Part shown: positions 1-9,532 of the stretch, in pieces
Numbering within the stretch: position 1 is the stretch's first letter
Layout of the letters: each line of letters opens with the position of its first letter
NCBI GenBank assembly: GCA_041309605.1
Contig: JBFYZH010000061.1
Location: 7,122 to 71,121 of the forward strand
Origin: Candidatus Krumholzibacteriota bacterium
GTDB taxonomy: Bacteria; Krumholzibacteriota; Krumholzibacteriia; Krumholzibacteriales; Krumholzibacteriaceae
Length of the DNA: 64,000 bases
Direction: 5' to 3'
Translations under genes and position numbers: made by a program
The notes under the pieces: generated by a model
Databases searched by the model: none
What the model was told of the DNA's origin: nothing
The model's input: only the letters and a program-made list of their open reading frames with translations

Positions 1-579
1 GTTTTCCGCCACGGTCAGCATCACGTTCATCTCCCGCGAGAAATGGTTGTACATGAGAATCGCCGGCACCGCTATGATTATGCCCGCCGCGGTGGTGAGA
101 AGCGCCTCGGACACTCCGGCGGCCACGACCGATGGCGCCGAGGAACCGGCGACAGCCATGTTGGAGAAGGCGCGCATGATCCCCGTTATCGTGCCCAGCA
201 GCCCGATAAGCGGCGCGATGGCGGCCATCGTTCCGAGCACGCCGAGGTTTTTTTCGAAAAGCATCTTCTGATTGCTCAGGGTTATCAGCATTTTTTCCTC
301 GGTCGCTTCGCTCATCGGATCGTCGCTTTCGAAGATCTGGACGGCCACGGGACCCATGGGATGCCTTGTCGATTCGCAGGCGCGGGTGGCTTCCTTGATG
401 TCCTCGTCGCGGATCTTCTTCATCGACACGGCGAGGGTCTCGTCGGGATTCCCCTTCCTCCTGTAGAAATAGAGCGTTCTCTCTATGGCGATACCGAACG
501 TCACGACGCTGCAGATTATCAGCACGATAAAAACGGGGCTTTCGAACACGGAATCCATCCAGTTGATCGTTTCAATCAT
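1..579 (-). CDS. MotA/TolQ/ExbB proton channel family protein (3' end runs off the window)
   Basis: Not in the ORF track (no stop in window). Manual minus-strand translation from ATG at 579 (GGAG RBS upstream): MIETINWMDSVFESPVFIVLIICSVVTFGIAIER...LGVLGTMAAIAPLIGLLGTITGIMRAF...GVSEALLTTAAGIIIAVPA, the ExbB/TolQ TM2-TM3 signature. Confidence 0.92.
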   Translation of the reverse strand, partial: MIETINWMDSVFESPVFIVLIICSVVTFGIAIERTLYFYRRKGNPDETLAVSMKKIRDEDIKEATRACESTRHPMGPVAVQIFESDDPMSEATEEKMLITLSNQKMLFEKNLGVLGTMAAIAPLIGLLGTITGIMRAFSNMAVAGSSAPSVVAAGVSEALLTTAAGIIIAVPAILMYNHFSREMNVMLTVAEN

Positions 580-614
580 TTTCAATCTCCTTGTTCCTTC
601 CACCGGCGATCCGT

Positions 615-3600
615 TTATTCCAGAGCGCTCTCTATCTGGGACGCCCTCTCCCTGGCCGCGAGGGCCAGTTCGGCGTCCCTGGAATTGGTTATAAGATCCC
701 TGTAGGCCGAAAGGGCCTTCCTGAAATCGCCCGTCCTTTCGTGCAGGGCCGCGGCTCTGGCGACGGCGGACAGGCGGAATGGATCCGATTTCTCCCCGGC
801 TTCCATCGCGGCCCGGTAAGACTCGACCGCTTCCGAAGTCAAACCGAGGGTTTCACGGCAGAAACCCAGGCGGTAGTTCAGTTCCACGAACGCTCCGTCA
901 GGGATCGAATCGTACCTCACCAGCGCCGCGTATTCCTCCGCCGCCTTTTCGAACATTTTCTCCTCCTCGAATATTTCTCCGAGGAGCTTCGTGACGTCGA
1001 ACATCCTTTTGTCATCGTCGATCCCGCCGGCGCGGTATTTCCTGAGCACATCGGCAGCCTCGCCGGGCATCCGCAGTATCCTGTAGCTCATCCCCAGGTT
1101 GTATACCGCGGCGAACCTCGTTTCGCCGTCGGTCCCGGTTTCCAGCACGCGTTTGAAATCCCCGGCGGCAAGCGTGTACTCTCCGTTGTCGAAACGAATC
1201 TTGCCCAGCCTGAAAAGGGCGGCGGATTCCAGTGCGCTTCCGGGGAAACAATCCGGGAACTTCTCCCATGCCTCCCTGGACTCGGCGTCAAGGCCGCCGA
1301 GACCGAACGACTCGGCCATAAGAAACCATGCCCTGTCGGCGGCCGACCACGCGGGGAAAAGGTTCACCAGGCGCCGGAACCCGGCCGCCGCCCGGGCGTA
1401 ATCCTTTTCCTCGTAAAAACGCATCGCTATCTCGAACTGGGCATCGGGGGCCAGCGGGCTCGAGACATGTTCCTCGACCAGCTCGGCCAGCCTGGCCGTG
1501 TTGTTTTCCGAAAGTCCCAGCCTGTAAAGCGACTGGGCCACTCCCGCTTCCGCCTCCGATGCGATTTCAGTGCCGGCGAATCTGAGCGCGGTTTCCCTGA
1601 ACTTTCCGAGCGCGGCCTCGTCAAATCCCTCGTTGTAATCGCATCTTGCCAGCGAAAGAAGGCCCTCCGGCTCCAGAACCGTTCCCGCGCCATGTTCTAC
1701 CAGGGCGCCGTAGCAGCGGCGCGCGTCGTCGAAATGCCCCGTGTGGAAATACAGGTCCGCGGCCCTGCGCCAGGCGAGCAGCGCCAGGGAATCGGCGGGA
1801 TCGATGGCGACTATCCTCTCCCACTCGTCGACGGCGTCCCCCGGCCTGCCGAGCCTCAAATCGCAGAGGCCGGCCTGGTAAAGCGCCGTGCGGTATTCGC
1901 GGTGACCTGGAAATTCACGTATGAACGAGTTATAGCCGGCAAGCGCCTTTTCGTAATCCTTACTGTTGAACGAGGCGTGCGCGATGGTGAGAGCCGCGTC
2001 GCTCATGCCGGCCATGTCCCCAAGCGCCTGATATCTCGCCAGCATCCTCTCCTCGGTCTCTATTGCGAGATCCTGCCGTCCCTGTCTCGCATACGTCCAG
2101 GCAAGAAGCCGGTTCGCCTTTATCCCGGCCGGGTGGTCGGGAAATTCCCTGAAAAGCATTTTCAGCGTTTCCTGGGCTTCCGGATAGCGCGACCGGGCGG
2201 CCAGGGCGTCGGCGTCCATCAGAAGCGCGTAAGCCCTCCACAGCGACCGGCTCGGCGGCATTTTTCGGAGCACCAGATGGGGTGCGCCGGAAAGCTGTCC
2301 CATGTCTCCAGCCTGGTGGTAAGCATATTCAAGGAGACACAGCGCGGCTTCGGCCAATTCCTGGTGCCCCGTCGATTCGAATACGAAAATCCCCCCGTTC
2401 TCGCTGCCGCCGTACCTGTCCAGAACGAGCTGGAAGTACGGGGCCGCCGCTAGGGGCAGTCCCTGTTCCAGCAGTCCTACACCGGCAAGGTATACGGCCG
2501 CCGGGGCTTCCGGCGCATAGGGGTGTCCCGCCGCCACGGCCTGATATGAGCCGTTGGCCTCTACCTGCCTGCCCAGGGCGTCGAAGCACCGGGCGGTCCT
2601 GTAAAGAGCGCTGCCGGCGAGCATGTGATCGAAATATTCCGAAAGCAGCCTGTTGAATTCGACGATCGATTCCTCGTACCGTCCCTGCCGCCACATCATC
2701 TCACCCAGGGCGAACTGCGCCCTGGCCGCCGTGTCTTCCCCCCTGTACCGGGAGGCGATATCCCTCATCGATTCGATGCCGTCCTGCTCGCCGCCTGCGA
2801 GGAAAACGCATGAAGCGCCGAGAAATTCCGACTCGGCGCGTATATCCTTTCTGGAAGATCGACTCGCGGCCAGCGCGAACTCCCCGGCCGCCGAGCGGTA
2901 ATCGTCGGCGCTGCCGAGGAGATTTCCTTTTGCGAGGAAAGCGTACCCTCTCAGGCGCGAATCGGGATGCCTGTCGAGCATCTCCTGATAGACCACGGCG
3001 GCCCTGTACGAATCGCCCATTTTCTGACGGCACAGCGCTTCGAGAAACAGCCCGGCCTCAGAATCGGCGCATCGTGAAACATGCGAAATGGCTCCGTCAT
3101 AGTCCTTCCCGTGAAAAGCGATGACCCCCAGCGCCAGATCGACCCTCGGGTCGCCCGCCATCCATCCATGACACGAAACGAGATCCCGTATGGCCGATGC
3201 CGCCCCGGCATGTTCGCCCCTTCTCAGAGCGTTCCAGACCGACGCCAGGCGGGCTTCGGCGACGAGGGGACTTTCCGGATTATGTTTGAGCCACCGGGAC
3301 CATTCTTCTTTTGCCGTTTCGTCGCGCCCGGCCGCTTCGAGCGATTTAATCCTGTAAAAAAGAGCGTCGTCGCCCAAAGGTCCGTTTTTCGACTTTCCCG
3401 CCGAGCGACGGAATATTTCCGCGGCGGCGTCATAATCGCCCATGGCCGAAAGGATCTCCCCCTCGAGCATAAGCGCCGCTCCGATGGTTTCTTTCGGGAT
3501 GCCGCCCGTCACGATTGCTTCCAGACGGTCCAGCATGCCGTTTGAAGCAGCCCGAAGCCGATCGATTGAACCGCGTCTTGCCCCCTCGAATTCCATTCCT

Positions 3601-3773
3601 AAGAGACCGATACGAGAGACACCGGCCCCCTCTTCGCTCCCGGCGGTTTCTTCACCGGCGAGAGGTTCCGCGCTTCCCGCCGAGGCCGAGAATGCGATCG
3701 ATGCCATCATCATCAGGAATCCGGCCGTGAGCAGGGTGGCCGCCACCATTCTTCCGAGGTTTTTTTCTGACAT
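615..3773 (-). CDS. Large exported tetratricopeptide-repeat protein (BamD/CpoB-like repeats), 1052 aa
   Basis: N-terminal signal peptide; many helix-pair repeats such as YQEMLDRHPDSRLRGYAFLAKG, FNRLLSEYFDHMLAGSALYRTA, FRRLVNLFPAWSAADRAWFLMA. Confidence 0.88.
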   Translation of the reverse strand: MSEKNLGRMVAATLLTAGFLMMMASIAFSASAGSAEPLAGEETAGSEEGAGVSRIGLLGMEFEGARRGSIDRLRAASNGMLDRLEAIVTGGIPKETIGAALMLEGEILSAMGDYDAAAEIFRRSAGKSKNGPLGDDALFYRIKSLEAAGRDETAKEEWSRWLKHNPESPLVAEARLASVWNALRRGEHAGAASAIRDLVSCHGWMAGDPRVDLALGVIAFHGKDYDGAISHVSRCADSEAGLFLEALCRQKMGDSYRAAVVYQEMLDRHPDSRLRGYAFLAKGNLLGSADDYRSAAGEFALAASRSSRKDIRAESEFLGASCVFLAGGEQDGIESMRDIASRYRGEDTAARAQFALGEMMWRQGRYEESIVEFNRLLSEYFDHMLAGSALYRTARCFDALGRQVEANGSYQAVAAGHPYAPEAPAAVYLAGVGLLEQGLPLAAAPYFQLVLDRYGGSENGGIFVFESTGHQELAEAALCLLEYAYHQAGDMGQLSGAPHLVLRKMPPSRSLWRAYALLMDADALAARSRYPEAQETLKMLFREFPDHPAGIKANRLLAWTYARQGRQDLAIETEERMLARYQALGDMAGMSDAALTIAHASFNSKDYEKALAGYNSFIREFPGHREYRTALYQAGLCDLRLGRPGDAVDEWERIVAIDPADSLALLAWRRAADLYFHTGHFDDARRCYGALVEHGAGTVLEPEGLLSLARCDYNEGFDEAALGKFRETALRFAGTEIASEAEAGVAQSLYRLGLSENNTARLAELVEEHVSSPLAPDAQFEIAMRFYEEKDYARAAAGFRRLVNLFPAWSAADRAWFLMAESFGLGGLDAESREAWEKFPDCFPGSALESAALFRLGKIRFDNGEYTLAAGDFKRVLETGTDGETRFAAVYNLGMSYRILRMPGEAADVLRKYRAGGIDDDKRMFDVTKLLGEIFEEEKMFEKAAEEYAALVRYDSIPDGAFVELNYRLGFCRETLGLTSEAVESYRAAMEAGEKSDPFRLSAVARAAALHERTGDFRKALSAYRDLITNSRDAELALAARERASQIESALE

Positions 3774-3785
3774 CGCCCTTTCCTT

Positions 3786-5057
3786 TTATCTCTTGTCGAC
3801 TACGACCGGCACCTTGACCTGGGAGATGCTCGTATCGATCTCCACCGTCCCGGTTTCGCCCGTGACGACCCTGCCGTCCGAATCCGTCACCGTCAGCCTG
3901 TAAACATAGATGCCGTCGGGCAGCGAAACGCCGGTGTCGGCTTTCCCGTCCCACATCACATGCGCCGGCGGCGTACCCTTTCCTCCGAATCTTCTCACTT
4001 CGTGTTCATACTTGTCGGTGAGCGCCAGGCTCCAGTCGCGCACCTCTTTCCTGGTCTTCGAACTGAGATGGAACTTGGTGGCGGACCTGCCTCCAAACGG
4101 GGAAAACACGGATGGATCGGCGCTGGACCTGGCGAAGAACCCGCCGAAGGCGTAACCCAGGCTGAACCTGTGCGTGATTCCGAGTTCGTGATTTTCCATG
4201 CCGTAATCGAGTTTTATTTCGCGCGGCAGCCTGCAACGCAGGCCGCCGGAAGGCGACATGGCGTCGAGCCCGAGCCGAAGCGCCATGTTCTGATTGACCC
4301 AGTATTCGGTTCCGCCGTGGAAACTCGTCTCGACGCCGGAAAGGTGCACGATCTCCGCCGTCACCAGGGCTCTGCCTGAAAGCACCTGCAGCGCGAACCC
4401 TCCCCTGAACTCGACGGGGTAGCTTTCGTCCGTGTCCCTGAGTGAAAGGGAGGGTCCGCCTATATTCAGGAGTGAAGCACCGAGACTCAATCGTGGCGCC
4501 ACCTTGAACAACATCCCGAGATCGAGCCCGAGCCCGGTATCGTTATATTCGTCCAGAGACTGCCTTACGACCTTCACGTTGGCTCCCGCGGATATGAAGG
4601 GATGGAAATCGTGCGAAGCCGACAGGACGAAGGCCATGTCGCTTTCATTGAAACTTCCCGTGACATCGTTGAACTCGTTGGTCCTTTCAAAGGTCCCTGA
4701 GCTCATGGTGAGGATCGAAAGCCCGAGTGAAGGAAACTTCCGTCCGGGGACCGCGAAACTGAAACTGTTAACGCTGGTTCCCTCGAAAAGCCGCGCCGTC
4801 TCAACGTAGACCTCGTTGCTGAAGAGCTGCGTGAGCCCGGCCGGGTTCCATATCATTCCTATGGGTTCGTCGGCGAGAGCCGTGAAGGAGCCTCCGAGTC
4901 CCAGGCTCCTCGCGCTCCTGTAATGAGTCAGCCAGTCCCCGGCGATCCCCCCGTTTTCCTCGCTCCCCAGGGCCGCGTCCCACCCCGCCGGCAGCAGCCA
5001 CGCGGAGAAAAGGGCCGCCAGCAATATTGTTTTCCCGATCTTGTCTAAACGGTCCAT
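3786..5057 (-). CDS. PorV/PorQ-family outer-membrane beta-barrel with C-terminal FlgD-like Ig domain
   Basis: Start reassigned to ATG 5057 (MDRLDK, then signal peptide). SARSLGLGGSFTALADEPIGMIWNPAGL is a PorV/FadL-type N-terminus; alternating beta strands; tail VMWDGKADTGVSLPDGIYVYRLTVTD is FlgD-like. Confidence 0.8.
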   Translation of the reverse strand: MDRLDKIGKTILLAALFSAWLLPAGWDAALGSEENGGIAGDWLTHYRSARSLGLGGSFTALADEPIGMIWNPAGLTQLFSNEVYVETARLFEGTSVNSFSFAVPGRKFPSLGLSILTMSSGTFERTNEFNDVTGSFNESDMAFVLSASHDFHPFISAGANVKVVRQSLDEYNDTGLGLDLGMLFKVAPRLSLGASLLNIGGPSLSLRDTDESYPVEFRGGFALQVLSGRALVTAEIVHLSGVETSFHGGTEYWVNQNMALRLGLDAMSPSGGLRCRLPREIKLDYGMENHELGITHRFSLGYAFGGFFARSSADPSVFSPFGGRSATKFHLSSKTRKEVRDWSLALTDKYEHEVRRFGGKGTPPAHVMWDGKADTGVSLPDGIYVYRLTVTDSDGRVVTGETGTVEIDTSISQVKVPVVVDKR

Positions 5058-5113
5058 CGAAGGGTCCTCCCCGATTTTGGGTTCCGCGCAAGCGCCTCGG
5101 CGCCGGCCATATT

Positions 5114-8100
5114 TCATCTGACAACGCCGATTCTGCGGCGCATCGTATGTATCGTTTCACCCGAACGCACGGCTTCGACAAACAGGACATAACCGCCGCT
5201 CGAGACATGATCTCCGTTTCCATTTCTGCCGTCCCAGAGGACCTCGTTGAGCCCGGAGGCGCCGCCCGGCTCGCCCGCGGCGTACCTTCTGCTGAACACA
5301 AGCCCGCCGCTGAGCGTATAGAGCTTCATCGTCACGGAAGCGTCGTCGGAAAGCACGTAGGCGATGGTCGTGGAGCTTTCCCCCGGGTGGAACGGGTTCG
5401 GATAATTGGTGACGGATCCTCCGGCCGAGTTTGGATCGACGTGGGCGGTCTGAACGGTGAGATCGGCGTCGAGGCCGTTAGAGACGGCCCTTATGATCCC
5501 GATCTCCGGTTCGTAGGGGCTGGTGAAACGCGCCCGCGCGATGCCGTTTTCGCCGGTAAATTCATCCAGCGGGGCGATCGTGCCGGTGCCGTCCGTCAGC
5601 TCGAAGGTGACCGGCTGCCCGGGCACCCCGTTTCCAAACTCGTCAAATACGCCGGCGCTGACTGTCATGCTCCGGTTCCCGCCTATCCATGGGAGTTCGC
5701 TCTCCATTACGAGCTGCGACGGCGCGGCAGGTTCCACTACAATGATGTTGGTCATTCCGGGTTCGTTTCCCTCCTGGTCCCTTATGACGAACAATACGGA
5801 TTGGGACTTCGTATAGGTCTGCCTGATCGTCCGTTTACCCTGGAGCAGCTGGAACTGCGGGGCAAGCAGCTCCCCGTCCCCCGGCTCGCCGTTGTCGGCG
5901 TTAACCGCTTCGACGATGGCGAAGGAGTTGACCTCCTGCATGATCGCTCCGGCGTCGTTCGTCACCCTGACCGTCAGCGTGAACGGCTCGCCGGCCTGCA
6001 CCCTCTCGGGGGTCACTTCCGCCTCGAAATGGAATCCGCTGTTGATCGCCCGCACCTGGGAAGTAGCCGGAGCCATCAACGGATTGGAATTATTTTCCGC
6101 GGTGATCAGCTGATACCCGCCGGTGCAAAGCCTCAGGACCGGTTCGGCCAGACCGTCGTCCATCGCCATCCCGGGAGGAAGTTCGGCCAGCGGATCCGTG
6201 GTTGAAATCTCTATCAGGTCGTAGACCCCTCCGACGTGGTTCCACCATTCGTCGGTCGCGACCACCCCTAGCGTGAACGAATATCTGATTGACTGGTCGG
6301 TGGGTTCGCCCGCCTTGCCCGTTTCCGACCCTGGAACCGGTTCCTCTCCCGGCGCCAGCATTATTATCCGGGCGTACGGCCCGGGGAGAACGTCGAATTC
6401 ACTTGAAGTGCAGCCGGGGATCTCATCGCTGCCGGGATCCGCAAGGCTCAGGAAGTGGGTTCCCGCCCTGAAAAAGGTCATAGGGACGACGGCCACTCCG
6501 CCGGAAAGGATTATTCCGGAAGGCACCTCGGCGTAGGCGTCGGTCGAAAGCAGTTCGACGCCGTCATTTATTTCCGGCACGACGTTCCACCAGCTGTCGA
6601 CGGCCCTCACAAGGGTCTCGAACATCGCGCCGGCCGTCTGGAACCGGGGGGTCCCCTCGATTCCCGGCGCGACCCCTCCAGTCGGCGACTGCCCGGGAAG
6701 AATCACCTGAAGTCCGGCGAAAGCTCCCGGCAGGACTTTCACGGCGTTGCTCGTGCCGATATTGGGCGGCATCGCGTAGTCGATGCAGGAGAAGGACACC
6801 TCTTCGCCGGCGCAAAAGAATGTCATCTCGCCGGACCACGATCCGCCGGCAAACCTGATCGATTCCGGCGTTATCGTGCCGGGACCGGTGACGGCCGCCA
6901 GCATCGCGTGTCCGTTATATCCGGCGATTATTTCTCCGTTATTATCGACGACCTTTATCGAAACCGGCGCCGGTTCGCCCGCCGTGACGGGACCCGTCAC
7001 AGGTTCTATCACGAATGTCGGATCGTCTGAGATCACCGGGATACCATCGCTCGTCATGCCGAGGATATCGCAATTCGAATCGTCCGTGACCGTGAGCGTC
7101 CGCGTCCCGGCGGCGGCGAAAATGACGGGGAAACGAACGTGCCCGCCGGCAAGAATTCCCGTGAATGGCACGGGAAAATCAAGATCGTTCGATACAACGC
7201 GCACGGCGTCCGAAGCCTGAACCATGTTCCAGTACTCGTCGGTCGCGTATATGTCGGCCTGGAAACCGCGGCCCGCAAGCTGCGTGGCGGGGGACCCGTT
7301 CAGGCCGCCGAGTGTCGACGGCGCCCTGGTCTGCCCCGGCACGACGATCTGCAGTCTCGCAAAATCCCCGGGCAGAACGGTAAAACAACCGCTCATGCCG
7401 GCAACTGCCCTGTCGGCCCCGCATACGCCCGATATCTTGACGCTTCCGCCGGTGCACTCCGTTCTGCTCTCGTCGGCGAGGTAAACCGCCACCGGCCCGC
7501 TCCACTCTCCCCCGGAAAGCGATATCGAGGCCGGTTGTATCCTTCCCTCGCCGAGACTGGTTATCTGCCGAAGTTCGACGGGCCCCGAGAAACCTGTGTC
7601 CGTATTTCCGTTGTGATCGACCGCCATGACTTCCAGGTAAAATGGAACACCGGCCTTCTGCCCGGCGTCTATATGCGAAAACTCGAGCCTCTCGGCGCTT
7701 CCCGCCCCTCCCGTGACCTCCACCGCCGAAGATGTCGCGGTATAATGCTCCCCGTCCGTGAGGTCCGTCGCGGTGACGGTGAACGATCCCGTCGAATTCA
7801 GGATCACCGTCATCGTCACCACCCCGCCTATCGTCGTCTGTGCCCCGGGCAGCACCGCGGCCCCGTCGGTCGATGTGAGCCTGATGACATGCCTGACGGA
7901 TGTGACGGTCTGCCAGGCCGGGTCGCACGCCCTGACGACGACCTGGAACGGAACGCCGGCGACCTGTGCAAGAGGATACCCGGCGATACCCGACTCCGTT
8001 CCCGGCGCGGCCGATTCTCCCGGTAGAAGAACCTGCAGTCTGGAATAAGGGCAGCAAAACGCTTCCGGAGCCTCGCCGGCCGCCGAAAAAATTGCCGCAA

Positions 8101-8155
8101 TGGTTATTATCGCGAGATTCCTGATCCTTGCCGGTATCCTTTTCACGATATCCAC
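5114..8155 (-). CDS. Large secreted/surface protein with Ig-like repeats and C-terminal FlgD/T9SS-type sorting domain, 1013 aa
   Basis: Signal peptide; four repeats starting RLQVLLPGE/RLQIVVPGQ/GLQVILPGQ/RIIMLAPGE; Big_1-like segment (VFDEFGNGVPGQPVTF); C-terminal NYPNPFHP...VLWDGRNGNG...SSGGY...RRIGVVR. Confidence 0.85.
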   Translation of the reverse strand: MDIVKRIPARIRNLAIITIAAIFSAAGEAPEAFCCPYSRLQVLLPGESAAPGTESGIAGYPLAQVAGVPFQVVVRACDPAWQTVTSVRHVIRLTSTDGAAVLPGAQTTIGGVVTMTVILNSTGSFTVTATDLTDGEHYTATSSAVEVTGGAGSAERLEFSHIDAGQKAGVPFYLEVMAVDHNGNTDTGFSGPVELRQITSLGEGRIQPASISLSGGEWSGPVAVYLADESRTECTGGSVKISGVCGADRAVAGMSGCFTVLPGDFARLQIVVPGQTRAPSTLGGLNGSPATQLAGRGFQADIYATDEYWNMVQASDAVRVVSNDLDFPVPFTGILAGGHVRFPVIFAAAGTRTLTVTDDSNCDILGMTSDGIPVISDDPTFVIEPVTGPVTAGEPAPVSIKVVDNNGEIIAGYNGHAMLAAVTGPGTITPESIRFAGGSWSGEMTFFCAGEEVSFSCIDYAMPPNIGTSNAVKVLPGAFAGLQVILPGQSPTGGVAPGIEGTPRFQTAGAMFETLVRAVDSWWNVVPEINDGVELLSTDAYAEVPSGIILSGGVAVVPMTFFRAGTHFLSLADPGSDEIPGCTSSEFDVLPGPYARIIMLAPGEEPVPGSETGKAGEPTDQSIRYSFTLGVVATDEWWNHVGGVYDLIEISTTDPLAELPPGMAMDDGLAEPVLRLCTGGYQLITAENNSNPLMAPATSQVRAINSGFHFEAEVTPERVQAGEPFTLTVRVTNDAGAIMQEVNSFAIVEAVNADNGEPGDGELLAPQFQLLQGKRTIRQTYTKSQSVLFVIRDQEGNEPGMTNIIVVEPAAPSQLVMESELPWIGGNRSMTVSAGVFDEFGNGVPGQPVTFELTDGTGTIAPLDEFTGENGIARARFTSPYEPEIGIIRAVSNGLDADLTVQTAHVDPNSAGGSVTNYPNPFHPGESSTTIAYVLSDDASVTMKLYTLSGGLVFSRRYAAGEPGGASGLNEVLWDGRNGNGDHVSSGGYVLFVEAVRSGETIHTMRRRIGVVR

Positions 8156-8251
8156 CTTTTCTTTTCGTTAATTTTAATCGTTCTACTGCCGATAACCGTG
8201 TGCCCGGATCACGTCACGGGCGGCGATAGCCTTAATTCAATCGTTCGGACG

Positions 8252-8266
8252 GCAAGACACATGCCA
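8252..8266 (-). promoter_or_regulatory. Putative sigma-54 (-24/-12) promoter of the surface protein-PorV-TPR-ExbB operon
   Basis: Minus strand TGGCATGTGTCTTGC fits TGGCAYR-N4-TTGC with exact GG/GC spacing, about 100 nt upstream of ATG 8155. Confidence 0.7.
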
Positions 8267-8394
8267 CCGGTGTCCGCCCGCCGGGCAATCCGCGGGAACC
8301 GCATATAACATGAAAATCAATGCGCTTTTGGAATTAAAGGCCGCATCCGGAAAATGGCGGCAGAGGAAGTAAAGACGACCCGACACGGGAACCC

Positions 8395-8415
8395 TTTTCC
8401 CCATGACAGGGAAAA
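8395..8415. promoter_or_regulatory. Inverted repeat, candidate upstream activator site
   Basis: TTTTCCC-catgaca-GGGAAAA perfect 7-7-7 palindrome about 130 bp upstream of the sigma-54 element. Confidence 0.35.
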
Positions 8416-8675
8416 TTTTTCGGTGCCGGAATTTCGGCGTTTAAAAAAAGGCCAGCTTTTCCGTCCCCGGCCTCATCCCGTAGCCCGGTTCGCGGAAAAG
8501 CTGACCAGCCCCGTTTACGTCCCTTGACCCCGCCGATGCGCGGGATCCCAGGAACTCTCTTCGAAATCACAGTCGGAAACGGCGCCTTGACGGTTTCAAC
8601 AAACCGGGCGGCCAGTTTAAATTATTTTCGGGGAAAAAGCGGCCGCCGTGCGCCGCATCGCTCGAACAGGGCCGT

Positions 8676-9338
8676 TCACTTCTCCAGCCAGCCGTCCCTG
8701 AGCCTTATTATCCTGTCGCTATAGGAAGCGTTCTTTTCGGAGTGCGTCGCCTGGATTATTGTCGTGCCCTCCGAATTGAGTTTCTTGAAGAGCTGCATGA
8801 TCTCGTCGCCCTGCTCGGAGTGAAGATTCCCCGTCGGTTCGTCGGCCAGGATGAGTTTCGGTCCGGCGATGATCGCCCTGGCCACACCGACCAGCTGCTG
8901 CTGGCCCCCTGAAAGCTGGTTCGGAAAGAGGTCCTTTTTCCCGACGATCTGGAACCTGTCGAGAATATCGCAGACCATGCCCTTGCGTTCGTCCCCCTTG
9001 ATCTTCTTGTAGAGAAGGGGGGTTTCGAGATTCTCGTATACCGTAAGTTCGTCGATAAGGTGAAAGCTCTGGAAGACGTAGCCGAAGTACTGCTTGTAGA
9101 GCGCCGAGCGTTTCCTGTCGTTGAGCCTGTGCACCTTCTCGTCGAAGAAAAGGTACTCCCCTTCAGTCTGCGAATCGAGCATCCCGATGATGTTCAGGAG
9201 GGTAGTCTTGCCGGCGCCGGACGGCCCCATCACGGTGATGAACTCCCCTTCGGCTATATCGAGATCGATGTTGCGCAGGACGTACGTCTTGACGACTCCC
9301 GTGTCGTAGTACTTCGTTATGTTTCTGAGCTTGATCAT
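8676..9338 (-). CDS. ABC transporter ATP-binding protein (MacB/LolD family)
   Basis: Walker A GPSGAGKT, signature LSGGQQQ, Walker [12 protein letters not shown]-loop ATHS. Confidence 0.95.
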   Translation of the reverse strand: MIKLRNITKYYDTGVVKTYVLRNIDLDIAEGEFITVMGPSGAGKTTLLNIIGMLDSQTEGEYLFFDEKVHRLNDRKRSALYKQYFGYVFQSFHLIDELTVYENLETPLLYKKIKGDERKGMVCDILDRFQIVGKKDLFPNQLSGGQQQLVGVARAIIAGPKLILADEPTGNLHSEQGDEIMQLFKKLNSEGTTIIQATHSEKNASYSDRIIRLRDGWLEK

Positions 9339-9398
9339 CTCACGGCTCCGTTCGATTCGGGTGGACCGGCGATACCCTGATTACACCCGTCACTTATA

Positions 9399-9501
9399 TC
9401 ATTCGTTCCTGATCGCGTCCACCGGATTCGCCCCGGCCACCCTGACGGCCTGAAAACCGCGTGAAATTCCTTAAAGCTATCTTGAAATAGTTCCTTATCA
9501 T
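9399..9501 (-). pseudogene. Internally deleted ABC permease (MacB/FtsX-like) remnant
   Basis: ATG 9501 reads MIRNYFKIALRNFT (typical permease N-terminus); after one extra base the sequence reads GFQAVRVAGANPVDAIRNE* (typical permease C-terminus), TGA ending at 9399; 42+1+60 = 103 nt. Confidence 0.85.
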
Positions 9502-9532
9502 GGCGCCTTCCCTTCTTCCATCCGGCGATGCG

